A stretch of DNA of 64,000 nt, taken from NCBI RefSeq assembly GCF_009914755.1, contig NC_060928.1. One strand, 5' to 3'. Below the pieces are notes generated by a model that was not told the DNA's origin, searched no databases, and saw only the letters and a program-made list of their open reading frames with translations. Made by a program: the position numbers and the translations under genes. This document shows, piece after piece, positions 27,429 to 44,931 of this stretch. The stretch comes from the human T2T-CHM13v2.0 reference genome, Homo sapiens. Each line of letters begins with the position of its first letter. The stretch's first letter is position 1.

Positions 27429-27701
27429 GGCCAGACAAAGTGGCTCACACCTATAATACCAGCACTTTGGAAGGCCAAGGCGGGAGGATGGCTTGAGCTC
27501 AGGAGTTCAAGACCATCCTTGGTAACATAGTGAGACCATGTCTGTACAAAAAATAAAAAATTAGCCAGGTGTGGTGGTGCATGCCTGTGGTCCCAACTAT
27601 AGGGAGGCTGAAGTTGGAAGATTGCTTGAGCCCAGGAGGTTGCGGTTGCAGTGTCATACCACTGCACACCAGCCTAAGAGAAAGAGCAAGACCCTGTCTC
27701 A
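27429..27701 (+). mobile_element. AluJ
   Basis: GGAGGATGGCTTGAGCTCAGGAGTTCAAGACC; body followed by T11 instead of an A tail. Confidence 0.92.
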
Positions 27702-29710
27702 TTTTTTTTTTTAATTTAAAGTTAAAAAACAATCAAAGGAAAAACTAATGGAATTATGGACAGAAAGAAAGACTGAATCTCCTAAAAGGTAGAACATAAC
27801 AGTTTTCCTATTATGGTTTTCCTTGACTTGCTGTCTCCCATATTCACCTTAACTCTTAGAGAACACATTTGATGTTACATTTAACAAGGTAACAGGGAAG
27901 GATCAGAAGAGAGATCATATTCACTTTTGCTGGAGAGGAAATGTATTTATTTCTACAAGGCTTCCTTTTTTTTTTCCTCTTGGATTCATTCTGATTGCTC
28001 AAGGACCAAAAGAATTGGTAGCTGGCTACTTGTGTGTGTATCAGAGTCTAATAGAAACTTTTAATGGCAGTGTTTGGTCTTGTCCTGCTCTGTTACTTAT
28101 CAAGAGCTACTCATTCAGACACATCAAGCTATCTTCAAGAAACTTGCCTGCTTAGAAAAGAATATGACTGTGGATATTATCAAGAAAAAGCTCTAAGAAT
28201 TTCTCCTTCCACTTTATTAGGCACTCACTAATACTCATATTAAATGGGTTCAAATACCAAGTTTGAGTCTCATTAATTATGAATGACTGCTCTGCAACAG
28301 ATGGCTTGTGTTTCTCTTTTTAAGAATGAATGGTAAGTGTAAAGTGAGAAACATATGTTATTCTGTGTCTTTAGGACTCTGTACTTCTTAATTCACTCAT
28401 CGATATGGTCTGCATTTGTGATTAGCACTGATTCTAACACACAATTTGAGAATTTATGACGAATTATAGTACTTGATCAAATCTTGACACTCGCTGCTAC
28501 TTAGGTACCTGATGATAGTTTCTAAAATGTTGAAATACCTTATCTTTATCCTCAGACAGTAGCTTGAACACTGTTAGGAGCTGTTTACCAAAAATCCCAT
28601 TTATTATTGGTTTTGAAGATCTAGGACTGATAGGGACCAATCTATGAAGGCCATATTGGCCTTGTTTTTCTTTTTAACCTAACTCATGGAAAACAGGAAC
28701 TTTTTTCCTTTTTTATGGATATTGGAGTTAAAGAGTCCCATTGCTTACTACAAATATCCAAGTGAATGTGATGCTTTTGAAAAAGGTTTATTTCTTCAAG
28801 ACAAACCCTTACCTCATGGTTACTTTGACTATTTGAATAAGTAATGCATATAACAGAATTAAAACAGTTTCCAGCACACAAGTAGTGCTTGATAAAAGTT
28901 TGCTATAATTACTTTAACAAAGTCTATCTAATACGGATATTTAGCCTATTGTTGGAAAAACTAAATCATAAAATTCTGAATACCAAGGTATAAAAATTAC
29001 TGTATTCTTCTGATGTAAGCTCTTGAGATATTCTACCTGGATGTGTTTTTAAGAGTTAAAATATTGACATTGACTAGTGTTCATGTCTCTTCAGATCCTT
29101 TTAGTAGACTGTAGACTTTTACAGAAACTCAGATCTAATTTTATATTAGTGATGGTTGCTAGGTAATTTTTTGATGCAAATTAATCATTAAACACTAGCA
29201 GCTCATTTTCTGATTGGAGTGGAAGCTAGAATGACTTAGGAGACGACAGCTCAGGAAACAATTGATTGAGAAAGAATATTCTGGGGTGTTTAATAAAAAT
29301 AGATTATGACTCTCCTACTCGATTTTCTCTTCTTTGTCTTAATCAGAAAAGGAAGAGAAATTGCTAGACAAAATTAAAAGCTTCTTCCTAATAGTAGATG
29401 CTGTTCATTGAACAAGTACCATATGCCAGCACTAAATACTTTGCATATAATATTATCATATTCTCACAGTAATCTGTTTAGTTAGGTGATAGGATTTTTA
29501 TTTTAAACATAAGGAACATAGAAAAAGAATTAGGTAGCTTGTCCAAGTTGGCAATTCTTTTCTACCCTCTTCTCTGAATTTCCTTTCATTCCCCTCTATT
29601 TCTCAACCCCATATAAGGAACCCAGAATCAAAGTATGTACTGGTTGCTTAATTCTGTCTGCCTTCTAATTGGTCACTAGTCACCATTTAGTCTCTTTCTC
29701 TCTCTTCCTA

Positions 29711-30003
<293 letters not shown>

Positions 30004-31443
30004 GTTCTCTTCCTGTCTTAATGATAGTGTTAATACTTCTTTAAATTTTTGAATAGCTATTCCCCAATTCACTCTATTACAATTTTTATTTTACTTTGAA
30101 AAATTCTATGATTCTACTCCTTTAACAAACATCTAGTGGGTACCTTTAGCGTGTTCTTGACCAGTCATGGAAAAATGTGAGCTCCTACCTTGAAAATTAT
30201 TATGCTCCAGTCAGTTTCCTTTTTAGCAGCTCTTCATGTTCCTAAACAAACCAAAGTAACCAAATTACTTTGATTTGTTATAATGCTTTCCTGTGTGAAA
30301 GCAGAACTTGCGGGAAAATGACAGTGCCAAAATTTATGAGTAAAACAACTTAAAGATAAGAATAGGTTTTTTTATTATTATTATTATTGGCTTTGTAAGG
30401 CTTAATGATCTCCACTTTGTGAAAAGAAAAGTAATAATTGGAATAATAATAGAAAGTATAACCTTTTGTTTGATGCTATTCTCTTATGCTTTAATTCACT
30501 ATTATTACAATTATTTATTTAGTTTCCTATATAAAGTAACCAAATTAAACAGTAAAGTGTCATGTTCACCTTTCTAAAGCTTCAGAGTAATGAATAGCTC
30601 TAGCTCCAACCAAAGTTTTTTCTATTTTTTTTTCTTAATGTGATAGACAAACCAAAGATACAGCATGCCAGAACTCTAACTGGTATGTCTAAAGCTTATC
30701 ATGCTAGATCCCTAAAATCAGTATTATTAAATCACCAAGAAGTTTTAAAGTAGTAGAATAAAGATTATGTTAAGTCTGAGATTAAGCTGTCACATCAGAG
30801 TAATTTGATTTTAAGGCTTGCTCCACCACCTCCATTAGTACTCACATCCTTGACAGAGACAAAGTTCATCCAATATCAGTTCTTGTTGCGGATGAGGTAT
30901 TGATGTTTTGTGATACTTTGGTCAGTCAATAAGGTTAAAAAGATAAAGTTTATTTAGTTTTCAACATTGCCTTCTTGCAGTCAAATGTCTATTTAATTAA
31001 ATTTTCCAATATTTGGCAAGAAAGGACTGGCAGTGTCAGCTTTCTTCAGCTTGATATTAAATAGCATCTTGTGAAATTTGGTAAAGACTATCTACAGTGA
31101 TATGAAACAGATATACTTTGATTCCACTTAGGAGAGGAGTGAGAAGTCCAAATTCTTTGTCAAGGCAGTTAATAACTTCTAAGTTTCTGAATGCTAAAAG
31201 TATGAATTACATCTTTGGATCTTAAGTATGACATTCATTTGCTAACTGACTTTTGGTGACTTGTAGAATTCTGCTTCTACAAATACTGAACAACAACAAA
31301 ATACATATACAGAGTGTAATTCTCAAAAGATAGTAATAATGACTTCAAAACAGTGTATCTTCTATATTTTATCTGCAACTCAGGCACCCATTATATTATA
31401 TCATGCTATTTTTCTGTCCTATACTATTTTAAAATTTTGTCAT

Positions 31444-31445
<2 letters not shown>

Positions 31446-31478
<33 letters not shown>

Positions 31479-31580
31479 GGCAGGATCTTGCTTTGTTGCC
31501 TAGGCTGGTCTCAAACTCCTGGCCTCAAGTGATCCTCCTGCCTTGGCCTTTCAAAGTATCGGGATTACATGCTCCTGGCC
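31446..31580 (-). mobile_element. FLAM / Alu left monomer
   Basis: Long poly-T plus a single Alu arm. Confidence 0.85.
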
Positions 31581-31596
31581 CCAGTCCTTTTAAATA

Positions 31597-33462
31597 TAGG
31601 CATACTTCAGAGATACTGTGGGTTCAGTTCCAGAATGCTAGAATAAAGGACATATTACAATAAAGATTTTTATTTCTTGCTTTCCCAGTGCATGTAAAAG
31701 TTATGTTTACATTATGCTATAGTCTATTAAGTGTGCAGTATGTCTATAAAAAGAATATGTATTTCTTAATTTAAGAATACCTTATTGCTAAAATGTGGTA
31801 ACCATCATCTGAGCCTTCAGCTACTCCTAACCTTTTTGCTGGTGGAGGATCTTGCCTCAGTGCTAATGGCTGCTGACTGATCAGGGTGGTAGTTGCTGAA
31901 GGTTGGAACAGCTGTGATAATTTCTTAAAATAAAATAACAATGAAGTTTGTCACATGGACTGACTCTCCCTTTCACAAAAGATTTATTTGTAGCATGCAA
32001 GGCTGTTTGATAGCATTTGGCCCACAGAAGAACTGTCAAAATTGAAGTCAATCCTCTCAAACCCTGATACTGCTTTATCAATTAAGTTTATGTAATATTC
32101 CAAATCCTTTGTTGTCGTTTTAACAATTTTCACAGCATCTTTACCAGGATTAGAGTCCATCTCAACATCTGCTGTTTTTGTTCATTTATAAGTAGCAACT
32201 CCTCGTGTTCAGTTTTACCACAAGATTGCAGCAATTCAGTCACATCTTCAGGCTCCACTTCTAGTTCTATTACTTCTCTTGCTATTTGCACCATATCTTC
32301 AGTTATTTCCCCCACTGAAATCTTGAACCCTTCAAATTCATCCTCAAGGGTTAGAAGCAACTCCTGTTAATGCTGATATTTTATTCTCCCATGAATCACA
32401 AATGTTTATAACAGCATCTAGAATGGTGAGTCCTTTCCAAAAGTTTTTAATTTACTTTGTTCACATCAGAGAAATCACTGTTTTTGGCATCTATAGCTTT
32501 ACAAAAATGTATTTTTTAAATAGTAAGACTTAAACATTGAAATTACGCTTTGGTCCATGGGCTACAGAATGAATATTGTGTTAGCAGGCATGAAAACAAC
32601 ATTAATGTCCTTGTACATTATCATCAGAGGTTTAAGGTGACTAGGTGTATTGTCAATGAGTAGTAATATTTTGAAAGTGATCTCTTTTTCTGAGTAGCAG
32701 GTCTCCACAGTGGGATTAACATTTTCAGTAGATCATGCTGTAAACAGATGTGCTGTCATCCAGGCTTTGTTATTCCATCTATAGAGTACAGGCAGAGTAG
32801 TTTACCATGATTCTGAATTGCCCTAGGATTTCAAGAATAGTAAATGGGCACTGGATTCAACTTAAATTCCCCAACTGTATTGGCCCCTAATAAGAGACTT
32901 AGCTTGTTCTTTGAAGTTTTACGGCCAGACCTGATCATCTCCTCTTTAGCTAGAAATGTACTAGATAGCGTCTTCTTCCAATAGAAGGCTGTTTTGTCTA
33001 CATTGATAATTGGTTTTTTAGTGTAGTGTAGCGTAGTAATGTGCTGTTTTATTGACTTTCATCAGTTATCTTAGATCTCTGAATAACTTGCTGCAGCCTC
33101 TCCATCAGAATTTGCTGCTTCATTTTGTACTTTTATGTTATGGAGATGGCCTCTTTCCTTAAACCTCAGAAACCAATGTCTGCTAGCTTCCAACCTTTCC
33201 TCTGCAGCTTCCTCACCTCTCTCAGCCTTCACAGAAATGAAGAAAGTTAAGGCTTTGCTCTGGATTAGGCTTTGGCTTAAGGTAATATTACAGTTCATTT
33301 GATCTTTTATCCAAACTGCTGAAACTTTATTTCAGCAATAAGGCTGTTTTGCTTTCTTATCATTCATGTGTGCACTGGAGTAGCACTTTTAATTTCCTTC
33401 AAAAACTTTTTCTTTGTATTCACAACTTGACTGTTTGGTGCTAGAGACCTAGCTTTCAGCCA
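31597..33462 (-). mobile_element. Tigger1 (Tc1/mariner-pogo) DNA transposon, one end missing, transposase decayed
   Basis: TA|TAGGCATACTTCAGAGATA TIR; ORF remnants [39 protein letters not shown] (33071-33298) and ELEVEPEDVTELLQS (32130-32360). Confidence 0.92.
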
Positions 33463-33892
33463 TTCTGAGGGCAGAATTTCTTGATCAAATTTGTCATTTC
33501 TGAATCTGCATATGACTTAAGTTCCCAAAGTTATTGGGAATATCTTGTTCCAGAAAGTAGCATACTTTCTAGGATAGGGTTTTTCCTGCCCAGGAACTGG
33601 TAAGTTACCTGAAGATGATATTTAATATTTATGGTAATGTTCCTTTTGTAAGACAATGGTAGACTAAGTGTGAATTTAATCATCTACTGTATTTCTTTTC
33701 TTTACCAATACTATCAGATTAAGTCGTGATTTATTAATTTAACTATTTAGTGTACTTGAAGTTCAACTAGCTTATATTTTAATTTTAATTGTTACAGATA
33801 TGATATTTCAAAATTCTACCTACCACAAAAATCTTATTTTTTAAATTTTCATTGTATAAATATTTACTGAATGCCTTCTATATGTATGATAG

Positions 33893-34232
<340 letters not shown>

Positions 34233-34520
34233 ATATTCTCCAAGTTCTATGTGGTCAGGAACTGTATCTTTCTTATCCATATTCATAACCCCTTATGTAT
34301 CTCACTACTTAATATAGTAGATACTTAGTAGCATTGATTAATCAATTGAAGATTAAATACAAAGGTAACCTCAATATCCTTAAAAAATTTATCACCAAAT
34401 AGAAGAAATAATACAAATGTACAAATGCACAAATAACTATTATGATGGATGGGTAAAATCCAAAAATATGACATATCAGGTTTTATAGTAGTAAAGACAA
34501 ATATTTTTAAATAAATGTTA

Positions 34521-34826
<306 letters not shown>

Positions 34827-35422
34827 AAATATTATCCAGAACTTCAAGGAAGAAGTAATATTCTTGGTGAAGTATACTAATAAATAGGCCTCAATAAAGC
34901 TTTGAATCAAACATTTGCTATTATTTGAACTCTGATAAAAATAGGTAAAGACATCCAAAAGTTCAATGTAACAAACATCAGCCCAGTATAGGAGGTGTAA
35001 GTGGCAGAGGTATTTTCAAGAAAACGATCACCTGGATTTCTCTCTGTTCTGAATTCCCAAGGCCTAATAATTGTAGCATACTTTGGTTACGCTTAAGGGA
35101 TATTGCTCTTTATATTTATCACTTAACCAGAAAAAAATTCTGTTACATGAAGCCCAGGAGTGATCATTAGGCTATAGCAGATCATCTTCCTCTATACCAT
35201 TAACTCTCAAGCTATGGGAAAATACTTAGAATCAGGAAATACTGTTCAACAGGCTCCCCCACTATTAGGAATTGGGAGCCATGGAAGAGAATGTAACTCA
35301 TTCTCTGTGGAGATTCTAACTCTTCCTTTGCGGCACCAATACCAAAACATACTTGCCTATTTGAAGTTATATAGTATTAATGATTGTGAACATCACTGAT
35401 GCGTTTGAAAAAAAATTACTGA

Positions 35423-35776
<354 letters not shown>

Positions 35777-37200
35777 CTATGCATTGGGTGAAAAGCTGAG
35801 GCCAAAGGAGAAAAGAGGTTACACTCATTCAAACTCTTGTGGTATTCTCAAGTATTTTTTTTAATTCCATTAATTATACATGAAATAAATTGTTTACAAA
35901 AGTGTTAGTAATTTGTGAGTTTATCTTATGACATATGTGATTAGGTATTATAGAGAATCATTTTGCTGTGTGAGTCTCCATTCAGTCATGGTGTGTTGCA
36001 ACCTTTGATTGCAGCCACAGCTTATAAACTGAGATAATTGCATATTACATAGGCTTCCCGAAAATCCACTTAAAATTATGTAAATAGAAGACTATTCTTA
36101 ACGCTATGGGTGGTATTATTTAATCCAGTTAAAATTACTTTCTTTTTAACTGTAGGGTTTTGACTTAAATTAGTTTATCTTGAAGCTTTAGCATCTCACT
36201 TAAACCATTAGTGTGCTTCTTCCTCTAGGGACTTCCATTTATACTTTCCCGTTCAGAATGTAATCCTATCAGAAATGGTAATAATACGTTGTATTTGGTA
36301 ACATCTTTCATCTAAAGAAGTCTTGAGCACTTTAAAACATGATCTTGTTGTTAGTGTTTGCAACATCCCCAAGATGTAACCAGGCAGCCGAAATAGATGC
36401 TTTCAGGTTTACAGCTGGAAAAATGAGGTGAAGGAGAAAACTGAATTCTCCAAAAGTGATTTTGAGAGTGCACTCTGATATGACTTTAACAAGCATTTTT
36501 AAATGATAGAAAAACTGAGGGAAGGGTGATTAAGGTGAATATCAGATTCATTCCAAAAGGATGTAAATTTTTTTAAAAAATAATATTTCTTAGCAATTAT
36601 AATATTTAATATTTTCATTATTATTTTTCAGTAATTACACATTAATTGGCTGCTGTATGCCCAGCACTGTACTAGGCACTGAGCACAGCAGGAAACAAAA
36701 TAAAATAAGATGAAGTTAGGGAGAAAGACACATGGCTCAGATCTTGTGGGGCCTTGTGGGACAGGTAAAGGATTATGGATTGTTGCAGAAGTTTGTTGAA
36801 GGGCTTAAAGCCAATTTTGAGTTTAAAGGAAGAAAAATCACTCTTGGTAGAATGTGAAATTGGGGATATAGAAGAGTTAATAGACCCATTAGGATTTTTA
36901 TTTCTAACATTGTATGTTCGACATTTTTGATCTTATCTTTTAACCACATGTTCAGTGATTCTTAAAAACATAATAATTAATTCTAGAAATCCTATAATTA
37001 AGTCTATGCAATCATGCAATTGTATAGGAATAGATAATGTTAAATGTATTAAATTTTTAAATATAATATGCCATTTCATTCATTCAGAAACTACTTGAAA
37101 GTTGCTTAACTTGGAAAAAAAGTACTATGGATAAACTATGCTTATAAGAAGTTACAGCCTAGTAGGAAAATTCAGATCTGTGATCAAATAACAAGGAGAT

Positions 37201-37250
37201 ACACACACACACACACACACAAAAACACACAGAGAGAGAGAGAGAGAGAG
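37201..37250 (+). repeat. Compound (AC)n-(AG)10 microsatellite
   Basis: Read directly. Confidence 0.95.
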
Positions 37251-38645
37251 AAGACATATGTATGTCATGTGGGCTCTGTAAGTTGTTATAAGAATGCAGA
37301 AAACCATTACTTGAGGAAAGAGTAAGGAGGGACGAAGAGGTTGTACATGAGTCAATCCATAAAATGTATACAAATACACTTAACAAATTCAACAAATATT
37401 GTATTATTTCCTAAACACTACACAAAGTGATGAAGAGAATATAGATGTAAATAACACATTCTTTCTATATTCAGAGTACTCATAGTCTACTGGAAAGTAT
37501 ACATAATTACTTTAAGGACTCTAATACTGGCTTGTTGCCCTAAGTTTCACAATATAGAATATGAAAAAAGAAATTTAATTCAACTAGGAAACACAAGTAG
37601 GTTTTACATTAGGAAATAGTGGAAAATAAAATAGCAAATTTTGATTGAAGAGTATTACTTGTCAGTTTAAAAGAAGACAAAAGTATTACAAAACGGTTTT
37701 ATAGAATAATATAGCAGTTGCCTTCAGGGTACCGCGGATTCAGGAAAGAATAGATAGGTAACTGAATTAGCAGATGAATGCTGTACTATGGATGCCAAGT
37801 AATCCAACTGAGCTAAGGTGCCAATGATGGTAATAGGAACAAATGAGATTGGGGTGAGGTAGTAGAGAAAAGTGGACAGAAACTAGCAAATTCTTGAATG
37901 CAGTGAAAAGTCGGTAACTGAATTTTGAGCCATAGTGATTGTACAGTGGTGATATCATAATTTCCAAAATGAAAATCAAGAAATGTTTACTTGTTGGATT
38001 TAGTCATTTGAGGATTAAAAATAAGTCTTAAACATATTAAGATTGAGATGCTGGTGAACTACAGTGCTCAACAGCGCTAATAGCTTGGGGATCAAGAATG
38101 AGCTAGGGAGAGAAAGAATAACAATAGCTAAGAGTAAATGTTTGAGGCATTTTACCTGAAAAGTTAATTTAATTCTTAAAACTTGCTGAGAAAATACTTC
38201 TTTAACCCCACTTGTAAGTAGAGACCTGAAGTTTGGATTCCTTCAGAGTCGTTACACAGAGTGATACCACAATACTGTCACTCAGAAATGAACTAGACAT
38301 TTGAGAATCATTTGTATGAGGTACAATTGAAATTTTGAGAGCAGTAGAAATGTCTAAAAATGACTAAAGAAGAAAAGGTAGAGAACAAAAAGTTGTAAAA
38401 TCTAGAGGACTGGAGAAGGAAGACAAATGAAGACATATATAGAGAAGGTGTGTCAAAGTTCAGCTAATGCAGAATCTAGCAAATAAACTAACGTCACAAA
38501 AAGCTGGAGTTTAAAGAAACAGAAGCTCCTTAGCTTTATAGAATTCTGTAAGGCAGCCTATCTCAAAGTAGGTTATATGGAATATCAGCCACACAGTGTA
38601 TTTGGTGAGGGAAGAAAATGGTTACATAATCAAGTAAGTTTATAA

Positions 38646-38990
<345 letters not shown>

Positions 38991-40399
38991 CGAAATAATT
39001 GAAGGAAGGTGATAACTTCATGATAGCTTAGAAGGCACCTTCTTTTTTTAATCTAAAAAATACAGATTTGAAGATATTTTTTACAATAGAATCATATTTT
39101 GGGATATGATGAAGATTCTAGAAGAAAAGTCTTGAGTTGTTAGGATCTGAGGAATGTTAAAGAAGGCGGTACTGAGATAAGAGCACAGTTTAAGTCTGGC
39201 ATGAGGATAAGGAATAAAAAAATGAAGAAAAGTCATGAAACAAGGAATTATGGAATTGTAGAATTAGGACATAAGTGTAAGATCACTAGTTCAGTGACTG
39301 TGTGTTAGAATTACTGAGGAAGGGGTCACTTGCAGGGCTGACCACAGACTGACTGAAGGGGATTTAGATATGTAAAGGATGATAGGAATACCAGGCCATT
39401 CCTGTCAAATTTCGTTCTGCTAAATACTCCAGTTCCTTTTTTCATGCTTTCTAGATGTCATTTCTTTCTAATTTCAATCTCCAGACTAGTTGTCCTTAAT
39501 GATATTGCTCTCAAAATAAGCTACTCAGAACAGAAAATAATACTTTGGTTCTTTCCAAGGCACTATGCATTGTCTCTTTTGACAGCATGATCAGAAGTCT
39601 TATTCCCTGTGAATCCAGCCAATTTTATGCCATTTGCATGGATTTTTCAGTAGCTATACAACTTTTGCACATGAACAAAACATCTTTTTAAGGCTGTTTT
39701 ATAACTTTATTTTATAATTTGCACTTACATTTTAGTAGCATCAGCCCTTTATTCCTGGTTGGCATTTAACTCATTCTTTAAAATATTCATTCTGACTTTC
39801 ATTTTATTTGAGCCCCTGGTTTTGTGTGAATTTCAGGTTTTACTTTTATTTTTATGCCTTTGATTTCTGCAAGGGAATAATTAATATTAAAGTGATCAGT
39901 GTAAGGAAAAGAAATTTGCTGAAAGCCTCTAGAAATCATTATTCAAAATTAACTTACCTGGGAATCCCTTTGGGTACAGTTATTGTGTCCAACTCATTGG
40001 CTACAACTTTCAGTCCTCTTAAATGAATCATCACTATTGCTTTTATTTCTGCATTCTAAGCACTTATATCTATATCTATAACTATATCACGATTAACTTT
40101 GTCAGAATATTTAGAGTGTAGTTGAAGCTTCACTCCTGTATTTTCTTGATATTCTAGTTATATTCATTTGATATAATTTGTGACTGATTCCATCTTCATT
40201 CTTAAGTAATGAGGAGCCATCTCTGCATTCACTCTAGAATCTTGCTTGTGTCTTAATTCAGTATCACTGTGATGTTTTTTAAACATACATTTCCCCCATT
40301 TTGACACAAGGTATTTCTTTGTCCCCTTGTTTCTCCATAACCTCCTTTGTATTTTATTATACTATTTGTGAAGTAGTCTTATCATAATGAGAATCCTTA

Positions 40400-40560
40400 A
40401 GTAATTTACGTAAATTATCCATGCCTCAGTTTCCCTGTCAGTAAAATGGGAGTAATTATAGTATCTATCTTATAAAATTATTACAGGCAGTAAATAAATT
40501 TAAATGCTTAAAACACTACCTGAAACAATGTAGATGCTCAACAAATCTTGGTTGATATTT
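40400..40560 (+). mobile_element. MIR
   Basis: TGCCTCAGTTTCCCTGTCAGTAAAATGGGAGTAAT core. Confidence 0.7.
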
Positions 40561-42619
40561 TTTCAGTACTCTAGTCACAAATAAGAAACATGATCCATTT
40601 ACAATCCTCCTGTGAAAGTGCTTTTGAGAACAGAAAAATTTTGAGTAAAAACAAAAGTTTATTTCAATTACTAAGCTTGAGGAGTGAAAAGGTTATGCTG
40701 AGAAATTAGTATTTAATTATTTTTACATAAACATCCTGTGTTAGACATCTATCTGGTTAAAAATATGTAAGAATGAAAACTGCTTATTCTTTCAACACCT
40801 AAGAATAATTTTTTGATTTTAGAGTTAAAAAATGAAGTATTAGAACAATAGGATAAGATTTTAGAAAAAAAAAAGATTCATTTATAAGAGATAGGCATAA
40901 AGACTGTTATTTCTATTGTTGGAGATAGCAAATTAGGACAGTCTTGCTAGGTAGTGACAGAGGGGGGCAGATGAAAGAGAAAACTGACTAAAAAAAGACC
41001 AAACTGTGTCATCACAGAATCTATGTCTCTATTCTCCAGCAGGCTATATGATACTTCTTTATATGTTCCTTCTGTTGTTTGCTTTGATTTTTATTTTAGT
41101 CTTTTTTTTTTTCCTACATAAATAAAGGGTTTGTTTGGAAGTTAGAGTGGAGATAAGATGAGGAACAGTATCTGTTCCCCAGCAGGTGGTCGGTTGGCAT
41201 TGCAGGCATAGAATACTTGCTTAAAAATTGCTGACCAGCATACTCTTTCTTTAGATATAACACCTATGGTTTTTAGAAGACCTAATGTGTAACCATCTTT
41301 AAAATCTAATTAACAGTGCTTCACAGGGCAACTTATTACTTGCTGAAAGATTTTAATGGGAACATAAAAATTATAATTGCTAATGAAGTTCATGTATAGG
41401 CAGACTTTGTTATTTGATATCATAACACATCCAAGATTGATTGAAAAAATGTATCAGAGTCTCCCACTTACCAGTAAGTAAATATTTCCATATGAAGTGC
41501 CCTTCTGTGAGTACAGGCATACCTCAGAGATATTGCTGGTTTAGTTCCAGATCACTGCAATAAAACAAATCTTGCAATAAAGAAAATCATATAAATTTTT
41601 TGGTAACCTAGTACATATAAAGGTAATGTTTATACTATACTGTAGTCTATTAAGTGTGCAATGGTATTTATGTCTAAAAAATACATACCTTAATTAAAAA
41701 TATTTTATTGCTAAAAAATTCTAATGATCATCCAAGCCTTCAGCTAGTCCTAATCTTTTTGCTGGTGGAAGCTCTCGCCTTGATGCTGATGGCTGCTGAT
41801 TACTCAGGCTGGTGGTTGCTGAAGGTTGGAATGACTGTGGTAATTTCTTAAAATGAGAAAACAATGAAGTGTTCACATGGATCGATTCTCCCTTTCACAA
41901 AGAATTCCTCTGTATCATGACAGGCTTTTTTGATACCATTCGATCCACAGAAGAACTTGTTTTAAAATTGAAGTCCACCCTCTCAAATCCCGCCACTGCT
42001 TTATCAACTAAATTTATGTAATATTCTTTATTGTCATTTCAACAATGTTCACAACATCTTCACCAGTAGATTCCAACTCAAAGAACCACTTTCATTGCTC
42101 ATTCATAGGTAGCAGCTTCTCATTGTTTAAGCTTTATCAGGAGATTACAGCAATTCAGTCACATCTTCAGACTCCATTTTTAATTCTAGTTCTCTTTCTA
42201 TTTGCACAATATCTGCACTGACTTCCTCCACTGAAGTCTTGAACCCTTCAAAGTCATGCATGAAAGTTGAACCACCTTCTAGTGATTGAGTTGAACAAAC
42301 TCCTGTTAATGTTGAGATTTAAATCTCCTCCCATGAATTACAAATGTTTGTAATAGCATCTAGAATGGTGAATCCTTTCCAGAAGGTTTTCAATTTACTT
42401 TGCCCAGATCCATCAAAGATATCACTATCTATGGCAGCTATAGACTTATGCAATTCATTTCTTAGATAATAAGACTTGAACATTGAAATTACTCTTTGGT
42501 CCATGAGCTACAGAATGAATATTGTGTTAGCAGGAATGAAAACAACATTAATGTTTTTGTACATTTTCACATCAGAGCTTTGAGGTGGCTAGGTATGTTC
42601 TTCAATGACTAGTGGGTGG

Positions 42620-43112
<493 letters not shown>

Positions 43113-43393
43113 TAAAATACTGAGTAGACCATGCTGTAAACAGATGTGCTGTTATTCGGGCTTTGATATTCCATTTATAAAGCACAGGCAGAGCTCAGAG
43201 TAGATTTAATGTAACTCTGAAGGGCACTAGGATTTTTAGAATGGTAAATAAGCATTGGCTTCAACTTAAATTCAAATCTGCATTGGCTTGTAATAAGAGA
43301 CTAGCTTGTTACTGAAGCTTTGAAGCCAGTTGTTTTCTCCTATCTAGCTAGGAAAGTCCTAGATGGTATCTACTTCCAATAAAAGGCTGTTCT

Positions 43394-43689
<296 letters not shown>

Positions 43690-44867
43690 AAAAGGCTGTT
43701 CTATCTACATTGATAATCTGTTGTTTAGTTTAGCTACCTTCATCAATTATCTTTGCTAGATCTTCTGTCTTCTGGATAACTTACTGTAGCTTCTACATCC
43801 GCACTTGTTGCTTCACCTTGCATTTTAAAATTATGGAGACAGCTTATTTTTTTAAAACCTCATGAGCCAACTGTCTCGAGTTTCAAATTTTTCTTCCACA
43901 TCACCATTTCTCTCAGCCTTCATACAATTGCAGAGAGTTAGGGCTTGGCTCTGGATTAGACTTTGGTTTAAGGGAATATTATGGCTCATTGGATCTTCTA
44001 TCCAGTTCACTAAAACTTTTTCCATATCGGCAATAAAACTGTTTTGCTTTTTTAATATTCATGTGTTCAATGGATTAACACTTTTAATTTCCTTCAGGAA
44101 CTTTTCCTTTGCATTTACAACTTGGCTAACCATTTTGCACCAGAAGTCTAACTTTCAGCCTATTTCAGCTATCAGCATGGCTTCATTACTAAACTTAATC
44201 ATTCTAGCTTTGATTTAAAGTGAGATACTTGTACTCTTCCTTTCACTTGAATAGTTAGAGGCCATTGCAGGATTATTAAGTGGCTTAATTTAAATATTGC
44301 TGTGTCTCAGGAATCAGGAAGGCCCAAAGAAGGGGAGAGGGAGAGAGACAGGAAATGGCTGATCAGTAGAGCAGTCAGAACACAAGCATTTATTAAGTTC
44401 ACCATCTTATATAGGCATGGTTCGTGGTCCCCAAAACAATTAAAATAGTTACATCAAGTATCACTGATCACAGATCCCTGTAACAGATATGATAATAATG
44501 AAAAGTTGGAATATTGCAAGAATTACCAAAATGTGACACAGAGACACCAAGTAAGCACATGCTGTTGAAAAACATGGCGCCAATTGACTTGCTCCATGCT
44601 GGGTTGCCACAAACCTTCAATTTGCAAAAAAAGGCAATATCTGCAAATCACAGTAAAATGAAGCTCAATAAAATGAAATATGCCTGTGCTAATACTCTGA
44701 AAGGTAAAATACAGAGTGATAATGTTGATTTTTAAAAATAAATAACAACTTGTCCATTTCTTTTAATATGCCTAGTTAGTTCATATTATTTTTTCAATTG
44801 ATTTTAAAGGTGTTTGACCTTGATTTTTTTAAGGTTATGTTAGATTAATTTTGCTCAAACGTGAACA

Positions 44868-44931
44868 TTTTCATTTTTCTAATCAGACCTTAGAAATATT
44901 TTTCAATTTTCTAATCAGACCTTAGAAATAT
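44868..44931 (+). repeat. 32-bp tandem duplication, 1 mismatch
   Basis: TTTTCA(T/A)TTTTCTAATCAGACCTTAGAAATAT x2. Confidence 0.95.
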
